The translations under genes were made by a program, and so were the position numbers. The notes under the pieces are model-generated. The model worked only from the letters and a program-made list of their open reading frames with translations, was not told where the DNA came from and did not search any database. From Squalus acanthias (Eukaryota), in contig CM059432.1 in the NCBI GenBank assembly GCA_030390025.1, positions 61,878,001-61,942,000 of the forward strand: 64,000 nucleotides of DNA. Direction: 5' to 3'. Position 1 is the stretch's first letter. The number at the start of each line of letters is the position of its first letter. This document shows, piece after piece, positions 11,840 through 24,034 of the stretch.

Positions 11840-13579
11840 GTGAAGAGAAAAAGATTAGTGAAATCAAGTGTGGGTCCCTTGCAGTCAGAAGCGGGGGAAG
11901 TTATAATGGGGAACAAAGAAATGGCAGACCAATTAAATGCATATTTTGGTTCTGTCTTCACAAAGGAGGACACAAATAACCTCCCAGAGATGTTGGAGAA
12001 CATAGGGTCTGATGAAAGGGAGGAACTGAAAGAAATCAGTATTTGCAGGGAAATGGTGTTGGGGAAATTGATGGGATTGAAGGCCGATAAATCCCCAGGG
12101 CCTGATAATCTACATCCTAGGGTACTTAAGGAAGTGGCCCTAGAAATAGTAGATGCATTGCTGATCATCTTCCAACATTCGATGGAATCTGGAACTGTAC
12201 CCATGGATTGGAGGGTAGCTAATGTTACCCCACTATTCAAAAAGGGTGGTAGAGAGAAAGTGGAGAATTACAGACCGGTAAGCCTGACATCGGTAGTGGG
12301 GAAAATGCTAGAGTCCATTATAAAGGATGTAATAGCTGAGCACTTGAAAAACAGTGACAGGATCGGACAAAGTCAACATGGATTTACAAAAGGTAAATCG
12401 TGCTTGACTAATCTACTGGAATTTTTTGAGGATGTAACTGGGAAAATAGATAAGGGAGAACCAGTAGATGTGGTGTATTTGGACTTTCAAAAGGCTTTCG
12501 ATAAGGTCCCGCATAAGAGATTAGCGTGTAAAGTTAAGGCACATGGGATTGGGGGCAAGGTATTGACTTGGATAGAGAACTGGTTGGCGGACAGAAAGCA
12601 GAGAGTAGGAATTAATGGGTCTTTTTCCGAGTGGCAGGCAGTGACTAGTGGGGTACCGCGGGGATCGGTCCTTGGACCCCAGCTGTTCACAATATACATT
12701 AATGATCTAGATAAGGGAACTAAATGTAATATCTCCAAGTTTGCAGATGACACAAAGCTGGGTGGACGTGTGTGCTGCAAGGAGGATACCGAGAAACTCC
12801 AGGATGATTTGGACAGGTTGGGTGAGTGGGCAGAAGCGTGGCAGATGCAATATAACGTGGATAAATGCGAGGTTATCCACTTTGGTGTCAAAAACAGAAA
12901 GACAGACTATTATCTGAATGGCAATAGATTGGGAGAAGGGGAAGTGCAACGAGACCTGGGTGTCCTTGTGCACCAGTCGCTGAAGGTAAGCATGCAGGTG
13001 CAGCAGGCGGTTAAGAAGGCAAATGGTATGTTGGCCTTCATAGCGAAAGGGTTTGAGTATAGGAACAGGGATGTCCTGCTGCAGTTGTACAGGGCCTTGG
13101 TGAGACCACACCTTGAGTACTGTGTGCAGTTTTGGTCGCCTTCTCTGAGGAAGGATGTTCTTGCCATGGAAGGAGTTCAGCGAAGATTCACAAGGCTGAT
13201 ACCTGGGATGGCAGGAATGACATATGAGGAGAGATTGGGTCGATTGGGCTTATACTCGCTGGAGTATAGAAGAATGAGAGGGGATCTCATCGAAACATAT
13301 AAAATTCTGACAGGTCTGGACAAACTAGATGCAGGAAGGATGTTCCCGATGGTCGGAGAGTCCAGAACCAGGGGTCATAATCTAAAGATAAGGGGTAAGC
13401 CATTTAGGACAGAAATGAGGAAGAATTTCTTCACCCAGAGAGTGGTGAACCTGTGGAATTCTCTACCACAGAAGTTAGTTGAGGCCAAGTCATTAAATAT
13501 ATTCAAGAATGAGTTAGATATATTTCATAAAGCTAAAGGTATCAAGGGATATGGGGAGAAGGCAGGTACAGGGTACTGA
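11840..13579 (+). CDS. CR1 ORF2 reverse transcriptase domain, open to its natural stop (transposon-encoded)
   Basis: 579 aa with NYRPVSLTS, YLDFQKAFDKV, GSVLGP and FADD motifs; separated from the endonuclease part by a frameshift near 11820. Confidence 0.9.
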   Translation: MKRKRLVKSSVGPLQSEAGEVIMGNKEMADQLNAYFGSVFTKEDTNNLPEMLENIGSDEREELKEISICREMVLGKLMGLKADKSPGPDNLHPRVLKEVALEIVDALLIIFQHSMESGTVPMDWRVANVTPLFKKGGREKVENYRPVSLTSVVGKMLESIIKDVIAEHLKNSDRIGQSQHGFTKGKSCLTNLLEFFEDVTGKIDKGEPVDVVYLDFQKAFDKVPHKRLACKVKAHGIGGKVLTWIENWLADRKQRVGINGSFSEWQAVTSGVPRGSVLGPQLFTIYINDLDKGTKCNISKFADDTKLGGRVCCKEDTEKLQDDLDRLGEWAEAWQMQYNVDKCEVIHFGVKNRKTDYYLNGNRLGEGEVQRDLGVLVHQSLKVSMQVQQAVKKANGMLAFIAKGFEYRNRDVLLQLYRALVRPHLEYCVQFWSPSLRKDVLAMEGVQRRFTRLIPGMAGMTYEERLGRLGLYSLEYRRMRGDLIETYKILTGLDKLDAGRMFPMVGESRTRGHNLKIRGKPFRTEMRKNFFTQRVVNLWNSLPQKLVEAKSLNIFKNELDIFHKAKGIKGYGEKAGTGY

Positions 13580-13884
13580 GTTTGGATGATCAGCCATGAT
13601 CTCATCGAATGGCGGAGCAGGCTCGAGGGGCCGAATGGCCTACTCCTGCTCCTATCTTCTATGTTTATGTTTCTATGGATATGGGGATCGTGCAGGAAAG
13701 TGGAGATGAGGTAGAAGATCAGCCATGATCTTACTGAATGACGGAACAGGCTCGAAGGACCAAATGTTCTTATGGATCCGTGGAAGCTCCAGAAGTGACG
13801 GTGCAGGGGTGGGAAAAGCGGTAATTTCTGGAGATACTCAGGTTACGATTTGATAGGTCCCACTGAGCTGGACAACAGAGCAAA

Positions 13885-16060
13885 GGAATAGAATCTTACA
13901 GCACAGAAGGGGGCCATTCTGCCCATTGTGCCTGTACCAGCTCTTTGAAAGAGCTGTCAAATTTAGTCCCACACCCCAGCTTTTTCCGCATCACCCTGCA
14001 AATTAGTTCTCTTCAAATTCATGTCCAATTGCCTTTTGAAAGTTCTTATGGAATCTGATTCCACCACCCTTTTGAGGCAGTGCGTTCCAGATCATCATAA
14101 TCCTCTAGCTTCCCTTAGCAACCTAGGATCCATCCCATCTGGACTGGGATTTAGCGACTCCTTTCTGTCTTTTTTATGCTATCCAATATCCTTAGTCCAC
14201 CTGTTGTATTGCAACATTAACTTCATCCTCTTTTGTGAAGACAGATGCAAAGTACTCATTCAGTACCTCAGTCATGCCCTCTGCCTCCACAAGAAGATTT
14301 CTTTTTTTGTCCCTAATTGGATCCCCCCCACCCCCCATTCCTTTAACTGTCCTTTTACTTTTTATGTTTATAGATTTTTGGGTTCCCTTTTATGTCACCT
14401 GCTAATCTTTTCTCATACTCTCTCTTTTCCCTTCTTAGATTGTTTTTTAATTTCACCCTGCATTCTCTATTCTGCCAGGTTTTCAATTGCATTCTGTAGC
14501 TGACATTTGTCATAAACCTCTTTCTGTTTTATTTTCACCTCTATTTCCTTTGTCATCCAGGGAGCGCTAGCTTTGGATGCCCCACCTTTCCCCCTTATAG
14601 GAATATTTTTGGTTTGTACCCAAAGTATCTCCGCCTTGAAGGCCTGCCATTGCTCATTCACTGTTTTCCTGGCCATTCTTTGTTTCCAGTCCACATGTGC
14701 TAAATCCCTTCTCAAATCACAGAAATTGGCTCTCTTCGAGTTGGGTATTTTCACCTTTTGATTTTTTTTTGTCCCTTTCCATAACTACTTTAAACCTAAT
14801 TATATTATGATCACTATTGCCCAGATGTTTTCCCACTGCCACACACTCCACTTGCCCTATTTCATTCCCCAGAACTATATCCAGCACTACTTCCTTCCTC
14901 ATTGGGCTAGAAATGTACTGATTTAAGGAAGTTCTCCTGTACACATTTTAGGAATTCTTTACTCTTTCTCCCCTCCCTCCCCCCCCCCAGTCTATATTGG
15001 GGTAATGAAGTCCCTGCTATTACTGCTCTATTATTTTTACATTTCTCTGAAATTTGCCTACAGATTTGCTCCTCTATCTCCTTCTCACTATTTGGGGGTC
15101 GAGAGTAAACACTCAGCAAAGTAACAGCTTATTTTCTGTCTCTTAACCCTAACCAAATAGATTCAGTCTTTGAACTCTCTAGTATATTGTCCCTCTGTAG
15201 AACTATAATATTGTCCTTGATCAATACTGCCACCCCCCCCCTTCCCTAGCCCTCTTGAATACATTGTAGCCTTTGTAGTTTAGTTCCCATACCTGCCCAT
15301 GTTTAAGCCAGGTCTCTGTTATAGCCAGTATATTATAACCCCATGTGACAATTTGCACCTGTAACTCATCAACCTTATTTGTAACACTCATTACATTAAC
15401 ACAGATGCATTCCAACACCATGCTAGTCGGCTTTTCTTTTTTCCTTCTTCTAATTCCTGGTCTTTCTATACTATTCTTCTGTTGCTGTTTGTCCCTCCTA
15501 GTTTTCTATGCACCTTGTCTCTCCTCTCTGCTGCTGCATTCTCAAACCCCTCCCAAATTAGTTTAAACCCCTCCCGGCGAGGACATTGGTCCCAGCCCTG
15601 TTTAGGTGCAACCCGTCCGGCTTATACAGGTCCCTCCTGCACAAGAACTGGTCCCAATGCCCCAGGAATCTGAAGCCCTCCCTCTTGCAACACTTCTCCA
15701 GCCATGCATTCACCTGCACTATCTTCCTGTTTCTGTATTCACGAGCAAGTGGCACTGGAACAAATCCAGAGATTACCACCTTTTTGAGGTCCTGTTCTTT
15801 AACCTTTTTCCTAGCTCCTGAAACTCTGCCTTTGGACCTCAACCCCTTTCCTACCTATGTAATTGGTTCAAACATGGATCACGACTTCTGGCTGTTCCCC
15901 TTCCCCTCGCAAAATATCTTGCACCTGTTCAGTGATATCCTTTATCCTGGCACCAGGGAGGCAACACACCATTCGGGACTCGTGTCTACGGTTGCAGGAA
16001 CGACTGTCTATCCCTCTGACTATTGAATCCCCTGTAACAACTGCATTTCTACACGTTCCT
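13885..16060 (-). mobile_element. Internally deleted CR1 (ORF1 esterase, endonuclease, 3' end)
   Basis: GDSIVRGIDS, DGLHL, LAITETWL and SDHN motifs in minus-strand ORFs; CR1 3' UTR at 13885-14100. Confidence 0.85.
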
Positions 16061-16760
16061 GTGCATTCCAAAGATTTACAACCCTTTGAGTGAAGATTTT
16101 TCTCCTCATCTCAGTCGTAAATGGCCGACCCCTTCTTCTGAGACTGTGACCCCTAGTTCTGGACTCCCCAGCCATGGGAAACATCCTCCCAGCATCTACC
16201 CTGTTGAGCCCCTTAAGAATTTTATATGTTTCAATGAGATCACCTCTTATTCTTCTAAACTCTAGGGAATATAGCCATAGTCTACTCAATCTCTCCTCTC
16301 AGGACAATCCCCTCATCTCAGAAATCAGTCTAGTGAACCTTTGTTGCACTCTCTCCTAAAGCAAGTATATCCTTCCTTAGGTAAGATGACCAAAACTGTA
16401 CACAGTACTCCAGGTGTGGTCTCACCAAGGCCCTATGTAATGGTAGTAAGACCTCTTTACTCTTGTACTCCAATCTCTTTGTAATAAAGGCCAACATACC
16501 ATTTGCTTGCTGTACCTGCATGATAACTTTCTGTGATTTGTGTGCAAGGCCACTTGGGTCTCACTGAATACCCACATTTCCCAGTCTCACCTTTTTAAAA
16601 ATTGTTTTTAAAAAATTCTGCTTTTCTATTTTTCCTACCAAAGTAGATAACTTCACATATCGCCATGTCATATTCCATCTGCCACGTTCTTGCCCACTCA
16701 CTTAACCTGTCTATATCCCTTTGTAGCCTCTTTGCGTCCTCCTCACAGCTTACTTTCTCG
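16060..16760 (-). mobile_element. CR1 ORF2 3' fragment
   Basis: ORFs 16020-16289 and 16330-16521 (LVRPHLEYCVQFWS). Confidence 0.85.
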
Positions 16761-17538
16761 TTCGCTAACAATTATTTCAAACTTTTTTTAAGCTTTTAGG
16801 CTATTTAACTGTTTAGCTAACCGTAAAACTGTAACCACTGGGAAAAAAACACTAACCACTAAAAACACTAACCAATAAACTAAATCCTTATCTGTGCTAA
16901 CCATGATGTCACTTTTGAGTTGTTCCCTCTGTTTGTCTGGTATCTGCTGGTCACGCTCTCCCGATAGGCTCTGCTGCTGCTGGTTATCCCTATGTTTAAA
17001 TCTGCTGCTCTGGTTCTCCCAATAGGCTTGGAGGATGGTTTGGACAACTGTTGCAAAGGTTGCAGAGAGAATGAGGAGGGATAATGCATCACAGTCACAG
17101 AATTTTGTTCCTGACTTTGGTTTGGGCTGTTTTGGGGCTGTGAGACCGCTGAACACCTGATTGGAGGGATTCAGACAGGGTGTGCTGAGATAAATGGGCA
17201 TGAATTGGGGCGGGGAGGGGGGGGGCGATGGTGGTGGCAGTGTGGATGGGGCGGCAACTACTCATTCAAGGACCTTTTAGAGAGGAAAGGAAGGTTGGAG
17301 GTGGTACTTAGTGAGGGCGGAGAAGGCAAGTATTGGTATTTTGAGGCGAGAGGGTGAGACAGTGGTTTTGAAAAGAAAGGGGACAGTACCTGAGAAGAGG
17401 GAACCATGTATAATGTTGGCTAGTATGAGGGCCTGGGAGGGAAATTGGGTGTTAAGAAGTTTAGTGTGAATGAGTTGAGGGAGGAAGAGGTAGATCTTAT
17501 AGATGAGATGAACTTGGTGAGGGAGAGAGACAGATGTT

Positions 17539-19384
17539 TGTAAGCATTCAACCTCTTTCCAATGATGGTTCACAGCAACATGTTTCAAGTAAGCATGAGA
17601 TACTTCATAGTGCAGCATATGGAACAGACTTTATTGATGACTGGCTTGAGTAATCAGCTTAACCAGACAAAAGGGAGTGGCTTTCGACTTCAAGCTCTAT
17701 CTTTCGAGCCCGCTGAAGAGCTGTTGAAAACCGTGCTCCTTTATACCCCATATTTTGCTTACATCAAAGCTAGATGTCATAGATAAGACTTCATGATGTA
17801 TCTATTCCCAAATCCTTTGAAGACAGTCTTTTCATATGAACAATGACAGACAGGTAAAGACCCTCTGGTCCATTGAGCCTGTCCCACACAATTGCGATAC
17901 CTTGTGTATCACAATATATACATTCCACCCCACCTGAAACCATGTGATCTCCTGGGAGAGACAAAAAACCAAATAAAAAACCCAGGCCAATTTGAGGAAA
18001 AAAATCTGGGAAATTCCTCTCCGACCCATCAAGGTGATTGAAACTAGTCCAGGAGATCACTCTGGCCCTGAATTCCCTGCAGTACCTACCTTCTGTAAGA
18101 GGTGATCTCAATCTTATAGAGAAGCCTCTTGTGTGGTACCTTATCAAAAGCTTTTTGGAAGTCTGAAGTAGACAATGTGTACTGGATTTCCCTCATCCAC
18201 CAACTTTGTAACCTCTTCAGAAAATACAATTAGAATTGTAAGACATGACCTTTTTATGGAGCTATATTTGGTGTCCCTAATATGTCCCCCTCTATCCAAG
18301 CATTCATGTATTGCATTCCTAATGATTCCCTCAAGCATCTTATCCATTACTGATAAACTAATGGGCTATAATTACCTGGGTGTGTCCTGTCCCCTTTTTT
18401 AAAGATGGGGACTACATTAGCCTCCTTCCAGTCTACAGGAACCATTCTAGAATGCAGTGAGCTATTAAAAATACAGGCTCGGGGCTCGCACAGCACATGC
18501 CCTATCTTCCTGAGGACCCTTGGGTGGATATCATCCGGCCCGGCTGCTCTATCTATTTTCAAGTTCTTAATTCTTTCTAAAACAATATGTTCATCTATGC
18601 TAATATTACAAGTTTTGTTAGTAACATTATTAAATTCTAATAGTCGAGCATCATCTTCAAGGGTGAAGACTGATGCAAAGTACTCATTTAATATTTCTAC
18701 CCTTTGTGACCTGTCCTTGAACATCCTTCAATGAGTGACCCAATACAGTCTTTGACAGTTCTGACTCTTCACAACTGAAAAAGCTTTTCCCATTACTTGT
18801 TGGCTACGATCCTTTTTCCATTAGCCTTTTTGCTGATCTAATAGCAACCTTTGTTTTCTTTAGCTATTCCTCGTGCTCAACTCTGTTTAGTTGAGTATTA
18901 AGTGCCTTTAATTTATAGAAACATTTCTGCTTACATCTTATTTGTCTTTGTACATAACTAGTCAGCCACCGTGGTTTTTTTCTTACCACACTTCCTTCTT
19001 TTGACTTTGGGTACATATTTGTTTTCCACATTTTTTATCTTGTTCTTAAAAACTTTCCATTTGTATTCTATATCGGTCTCATCACCACCCAATAGGGTTA
19101 GCTAATTTACTCATTCCAAATCATTTACCATTTTAGTGAAGTTTGTTCTTCTGAAATCTGGCGCGAGTTACAGTTCTTTACTCCAAAGCTACTTCTCTCA
19201 GATTAGAATTCCTGACGTAACTTCTTAACCTCTTTGAAGAACAGGCTTTATCAACTGTCATCTTTCTATACTGTAACTAATGGATACCTACCTATATTTA
19301 TTACCCTAGCACCTGAAGTTACACTTTAATCACTCATGGCTGATGTCATTACTGTCATGTATTTCTTTGCACAAGCACTTTACA
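17539..19384 (-). mobile_element. Possible solo LTR interrupted by a CR1
   Basis: TGTAA...TTACA ends; on the minus strand TATAAA (~17740) is followed about 110 bp later by AATAAA (~17630); no clean TSD. Confidence 0.35.
17832..19165 (-). mobile_element. CR1 LINE fragment, distinct subfamily, internally deleted
   Basis: LNEYFASVFT, AGPDDIHPRVL and WKEANVVPIFKKG motifs; approximate TSD acagt(t)cttt. Confidence 0.8.
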
Positions 19385-19503
19385 TATCAGAAGACAAGCT
19401 ACGCATTCCTCCCACAACACTTCAAAGCCATCCTGTTTATATTGTAAAGTCTATTGCTCAATAATATGAAGAAGTTTGACACTTTATCCTTTAACTCTTC
19501 AGG

Positions 19504-19774
19504 ATGTCCAACAGTGTTCAGGGCTAAAGTAGGTGTGAGGTTTGACTCTGAGCAAGAGAAAGGGAGAAGCAGCATAAACAGACAGCCTCTATCTTGGGGA
19601 CAAAGAAAATCCATGAGCTCCATGTACTTGTTCGAGGAATTGTGGTATCTGAGCAGGTGTTATGATTTTAGGATATCATAGGACTTGTATGTTACATAGC
19701 AATTGAATACAATACACAACATAAATATATTGCAATGTCCAACAATGTTCAGGGCTAAAGTGGGTGTGAGGTTT
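19504..19774 (+). repeat. 40-bp direct repeat pair (19504-19543, 19735-19774)
   Basis: atgtccaacaRtgttcagggctaaagtRggtgtgaggttt occurs twice with 2 mismatches. Confidence 0.9.
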
Positions 19775-21799
19775 ATCTCAAATATAATGCACTAAGTCCA
19801 TAATGGGTAACTTTTGAACAAGTGTTATGGCCTTTTCTGTTTTGCAAAACAAAGTCCTTGCTACTGGCAGAGTGAACTCAATAGGTTTTGTATTCATGTA
19901 CCATTTTTGTTATTAGTATGTTGATTGGAATAGAAATTTGATATGTATCTCGTGTTACGGAGTCCTTCATTTGACCATCACAGAACTCGCACTGAACTTT
20001 CATTTAAAAATAAAGTGAGCACCATCTACATATTGTAACAATGGGAGTCTTGCTGTGGTAACCTTCAAGTGCCAAAGTAACTTTATAAATGGCCTGGAAT
20101 ATATTCAAAAAGCTGTGGGCATCTGGGAACTGACTAATTTAGTTGTGTATTTGTGTTTCAGACACCTTTCCACTTGTCAATTGAAATTTTAAGGAATGAA
20201 ACTGCTAATTATGGTGCTCAAGTCCAATAACTTTTACAAATGTTTTGTAGGCTTTTACTTCTGCTTGAGAATGTTTTAAAAAAAAAAAATTGAACATGCA
20301 TTTCTGTGAATCATGCAATATTCTTTTAAGTAACCTTTACACACTAGGTCTAAAGACTTCCATGAATGCTTCTGAGGAAACCATGTACATAGCATGCATA
20401 TGAAAATGTCATGCCATCGTAGATAAGTGTTGCAGCTAAAGGCTTCCTACTACCATGTTTTCTAAAACCACAGGATGTGTGCTATTGCACCAGTTAGTTT
20501 TCCTCAGCTAAGAAGATTGCGTTCTCTGCTTCCACATTACAACTTGTGCTGATGAACTGCGACAAAGTCTTTTATTTGTCATCGAGTAGATTAGTTTAAA
20601 TAGTCCGCATATAGTCTAATATATTTCCAAAACAGCTAGTTCATGTTTTCTTTTGCAGGATTTTTATTCCCAGAATCAGCAGCTGACAAACTTGTAGAGC
20701 CATTATCAGCAAAAACGTTGCTGTCTTTATTCAGCTACGTATACAAATTAAACAAAGAAAAGTAAAACAGTTTGCAAGCTCTGTTTTACCCATATTGTAT
20801 GGCAGCAATCATCAACCAATGCCATGTTCTCCAGGTGGTCACACAAAAATAAGCAAAAACAACCAAGAGCAAAACTAAAGCACAAAAGTGAAATCTAGCA
20901 TGCCATACAAAAGGGTAAAGTCTGGAATCCTGCATTCCCACTGGGGAGCATTATAACGAGCGTGCAGGTCAGAAGTATGACTACAACATTAACGCTGATC
21001 TCCAACTTGTATTTCCCATCAAACGAAACTCCCCACTGAGTACAGGATCACTGAACAAACACGAGAGTGTGTATTCCTAGTGTGGCTGTTGTCATTGAGT
21101 ACTTTTGGTAATGGACTGTATGACATCCCCCCCCCACCCATGCAAATCCATTCATACTCTGGCAGATTCATTTAAACGCGTGCTCCCTCTTCCAGGATTC
21201 CACTTAAGACTGTCCCAATCAGATCACAGATGATTGGAAACTGGACTTCTCGGGCAGGGAGAAATATGACAGTTTTAAAAACTCCGAGGGCAGCTTTCTA
21301 GAATAAAGTTCCATTTTAGAGGAGTTTAATGCATGGGGCTGTCCGAGCCCCACATGTACTTGTCCCATTTGTAAAGTAGAAACCTTCTCGTTCTCCCATA
21401 GATTACACTTAGTAGTGGTGGTATTGCTAGTGTGTATTATTGAACTATAATCAATATTTTTATAATTTTTTGGTGAGGGAGAAATGAGAAGGCTGCAACT
21501 AAAAAGATGAAAAAGAGAGACCATTAAAATGGAGGGAGAAGAGAAGAAGCAAATCAACAAAATTGATGAACACAAAAATATTAATTATTTAAAACAAAGT
21601 GGGCTCTTCAGATGAAGATAACTTGCCATCATATACTTTGGAAATGATTATATCATCACTATTCTTTCCAAATGCTAGGCATGATCAGAGTCTATTGGAG
21701 AGTGTTCCTTTCCCCTCAACCCATTGTTAGAGAATTTATTCAGACTCCCACACCGCAGCATGAGACCTAGGATCAAGATATTCTGGTCCTCTGTTGGAT

Positions 21800-22935
21800 C
21801 TATCCTTGGCGCCCCCATCTATTTCTCATCTACATGCTGCCCCTCAGTGACCTCATCAGAAAACACAACGTCGGGTTCCACATGTACACTGACGACACCC
21901 AGCTCTACCTCACCACCACCTCTCTCAACCCCTCCACTGCCTCTAAATTCAAAAGCAAAATAATGTGGATGCTGGAAATCAGAAATAAAAACAGAAAATG
22001 CTGGAAATACTCAGCCGGTCAGGCAGCATCTGTGGAGAGAGAAACAGAGTTAACGTTTCAGGTCAATGACCTATCGTCAAACTGTCTCTGAATTGTTTGA
22101 CTGGTTGTCCGACATCCAATACTGCTTGAGCAGAAATTTTCTCCAACTAAATACTGGGAAGGTCCCCGCCACAAATTCCGTTCCTTAGCCACCGACTCCC
22201 TCTCTCCCTGGCTGAAGGCTGAACCAGATTGTTCGCAACCTTGGTGTTGTATTTGACCCCGAGATGAGCTTTTGACCACATATCCGCACCATCATGAAGA
22301 CTGCCTATTTCCATCTCTAATATCGCCAGACTCCACCCCTGCCTCAGCTTATCCTTGCCTTTGTTACCTTAAGACTTGACTATTCCAATATACTCCTGGT
22401 CGACCTCCCATCTTCCACCCTACATAAATTTGAGTTCATCCAAAATTCTGCTGCCCGTGTCTTGACTTGCACCAAGTCCCATTCACCCATCACCCCAGTG
22501 TTCACTGACCTACATTGGCTCCTGGTTAAGCAACGGTTTAAAAAAAAAAAAAAAAAAATTCTCATCCTTGTTTTCAAATCCCTCCATAGCCTCACCCCTC
22601 CCTATCTCTGTAACCTCCTCCAGCCCTACAATCTTCCAAAATTTCTGCGTTCCTCCAATTCTGACCTCTTGAGCATCCCCGATTTTAATCACTCCACGGT
22701 TGGCGGCCGTGCCTTCAGCTGCCGAGGCCCTAAGCTCTGGAATTCCCTCCCTAAACCTCTCTGCCTCTCTTTCCTCCTTAAAACCTACCTCTTTAACCAA
22801 ACTTTTGGTCACCTGTCCTACTATATCCTTATGTGGCTCCGTGTCAAATTTTTGATAACGCTCCTGTGAAGCGCCTTGGGACGCTTTACTATGTTTCAAG
22901 GCACTATATAAATACAAGAAGTTGTTGTTGTTGTT
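21800..22935 (+). mobile_element. L2 LINE 3' fragment
   Basis: [25 protein letters not shown] and GPKLWNSLP motifs; (gtt)n tail. Confidence 0.85.
21950..22085 (-). mobile_element. Short Penelope-derived terminal-repeat insertion with hammerhead-like motif
   Basis: Inverted homologue of 2275-2408, inserted in the L2 between ctctaaatt / ctctgaatt. Confidence 0.75.
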
Positions 22936-23680
22936 GCTGCTGCTGGTACATCTAAAACTTCCAGTGAAGCTCCAGCATACCAAAAATAGTGGGGAACCAA
23001 GGGGCTAATAAGATTGCGGAACTTAAAGTAATTAATATCAGTAGAGAAAAAGTACTTGAGAAACTAATGGCACTAAAAGCCAACAAATCCGCATGACCTG
23101 ATTGCCTACGTCCTAGGGTTCTAAAAGAGGTGGCTGCAGAGATATTGGATGCATTGGTTGTGATCTTCCAAAATTCCCTAGATTCTAGAATAGTCTCAGC
23201 GGATTGGAAGGTAGCAAATGTAACCTCGCTATTCAAGAAAGGAAGGAGAGAGGAAACAGGGAACTACAGGCCAGTTAGCCTGACAACAGTTGTCGGGAAA
23301 ATGCTGGAATCCATTATTAAGGAAGTGATAACAGGGCACTTAGAAATTACTGTAATATGATTAGGTAGAGTGAACATGGTTTTATGAAAGAGGAATCGTG
23401 TTTAACAAATTTATCATTTTGAGGATGTAACTAGCAGGGTAGATTAAGGGGAACCAGTGATTGTAGCATATTTGGAGTTCAAAAAGGCATTCGATAAGGT
23501 GCCACATAAAAGGTTGCTACGCAAGGTAAGGGCTCATGGGGTTGGGGGTAATATATTAGCATGTATAGAGGATTGGTTAATGGATAGAAAACAGAGTAGG
23601 GATAAACAGGTTATTTTCAGGTTGGCATGCTGTAACTAGTGGGGTGCCACAAGGATCAGTGCTTGGGCCTCCGCTATTTA

Positions 23681-24034
23681 CAGGAAACTCTTTATTAACC
23701 GGGACCGGCGTGGTGCCGGTTAATCAAAAAGTCCGGATAATGGAGAGTTATATCTCCCAACGTACGAGAGCCCCGTACACATTGACATGCGCCTGCATTC
23801 GGAGCTCCGTCTCCCCGGGGACCGCCAGCTGACCATCTGTCGTGTCCGCTGCCTACCCGGGCTGCACATTCCCCTCCCAATCTACACGCTCCGATACAAG
23901 GCAAATGCCTCGGTTTTTTTTTTAAGTTAATTTTAAACGAGAGATGAAGGAAAACCCCGGTTACCTACTCTCAAATTTTGCCGGTTAAGAGAGATTTCCG
24001 GATATTTGGGTGCCGGTTAATAAAGAGTTTCCTG
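23681..24034. mobile_element. Tc1/mariner-pogo type MITE, 354 bp
   Basis: Perfect 22-bp TIR CAGGAAACTCTTTATTAACCGG; TA duplication at 23679-80 and 24035-36; removing it restores the CR1 sequence ctatttacaatctat. Confidence 0.95.

Larger units (their letters stand above)
9488..13676 (+). mobile_element. Young, near-complete CR1 LINE (ORF1 SGNH esterase part + ORF2 EN/RT)
   Basis: GDSIVRG / HIGIND / DGLHL esterase motifs; 319-aa and 579-aa ORF2 pieces; ttctatg-type tail; GGATAT TSD at 9482-9487 and 13677-13682. Confidence 0.95.
6495..13775 (+). mobile_element. CR1 LINE (endonuclease + RT, disrupted); its 3' end is split by a younger CR1
   Basis: ORF pieces with MGDFN, NYRPVSLTS and KFADDTK; the 3' UTR breaks at 9487 and resumes at about 13677. 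Confidence 0.9.

Noticed and set aside
11836..13167. Several antisense ORFs over the CR1 RT
   Set aside because: Shadow ORFs of the LINE coding strand.
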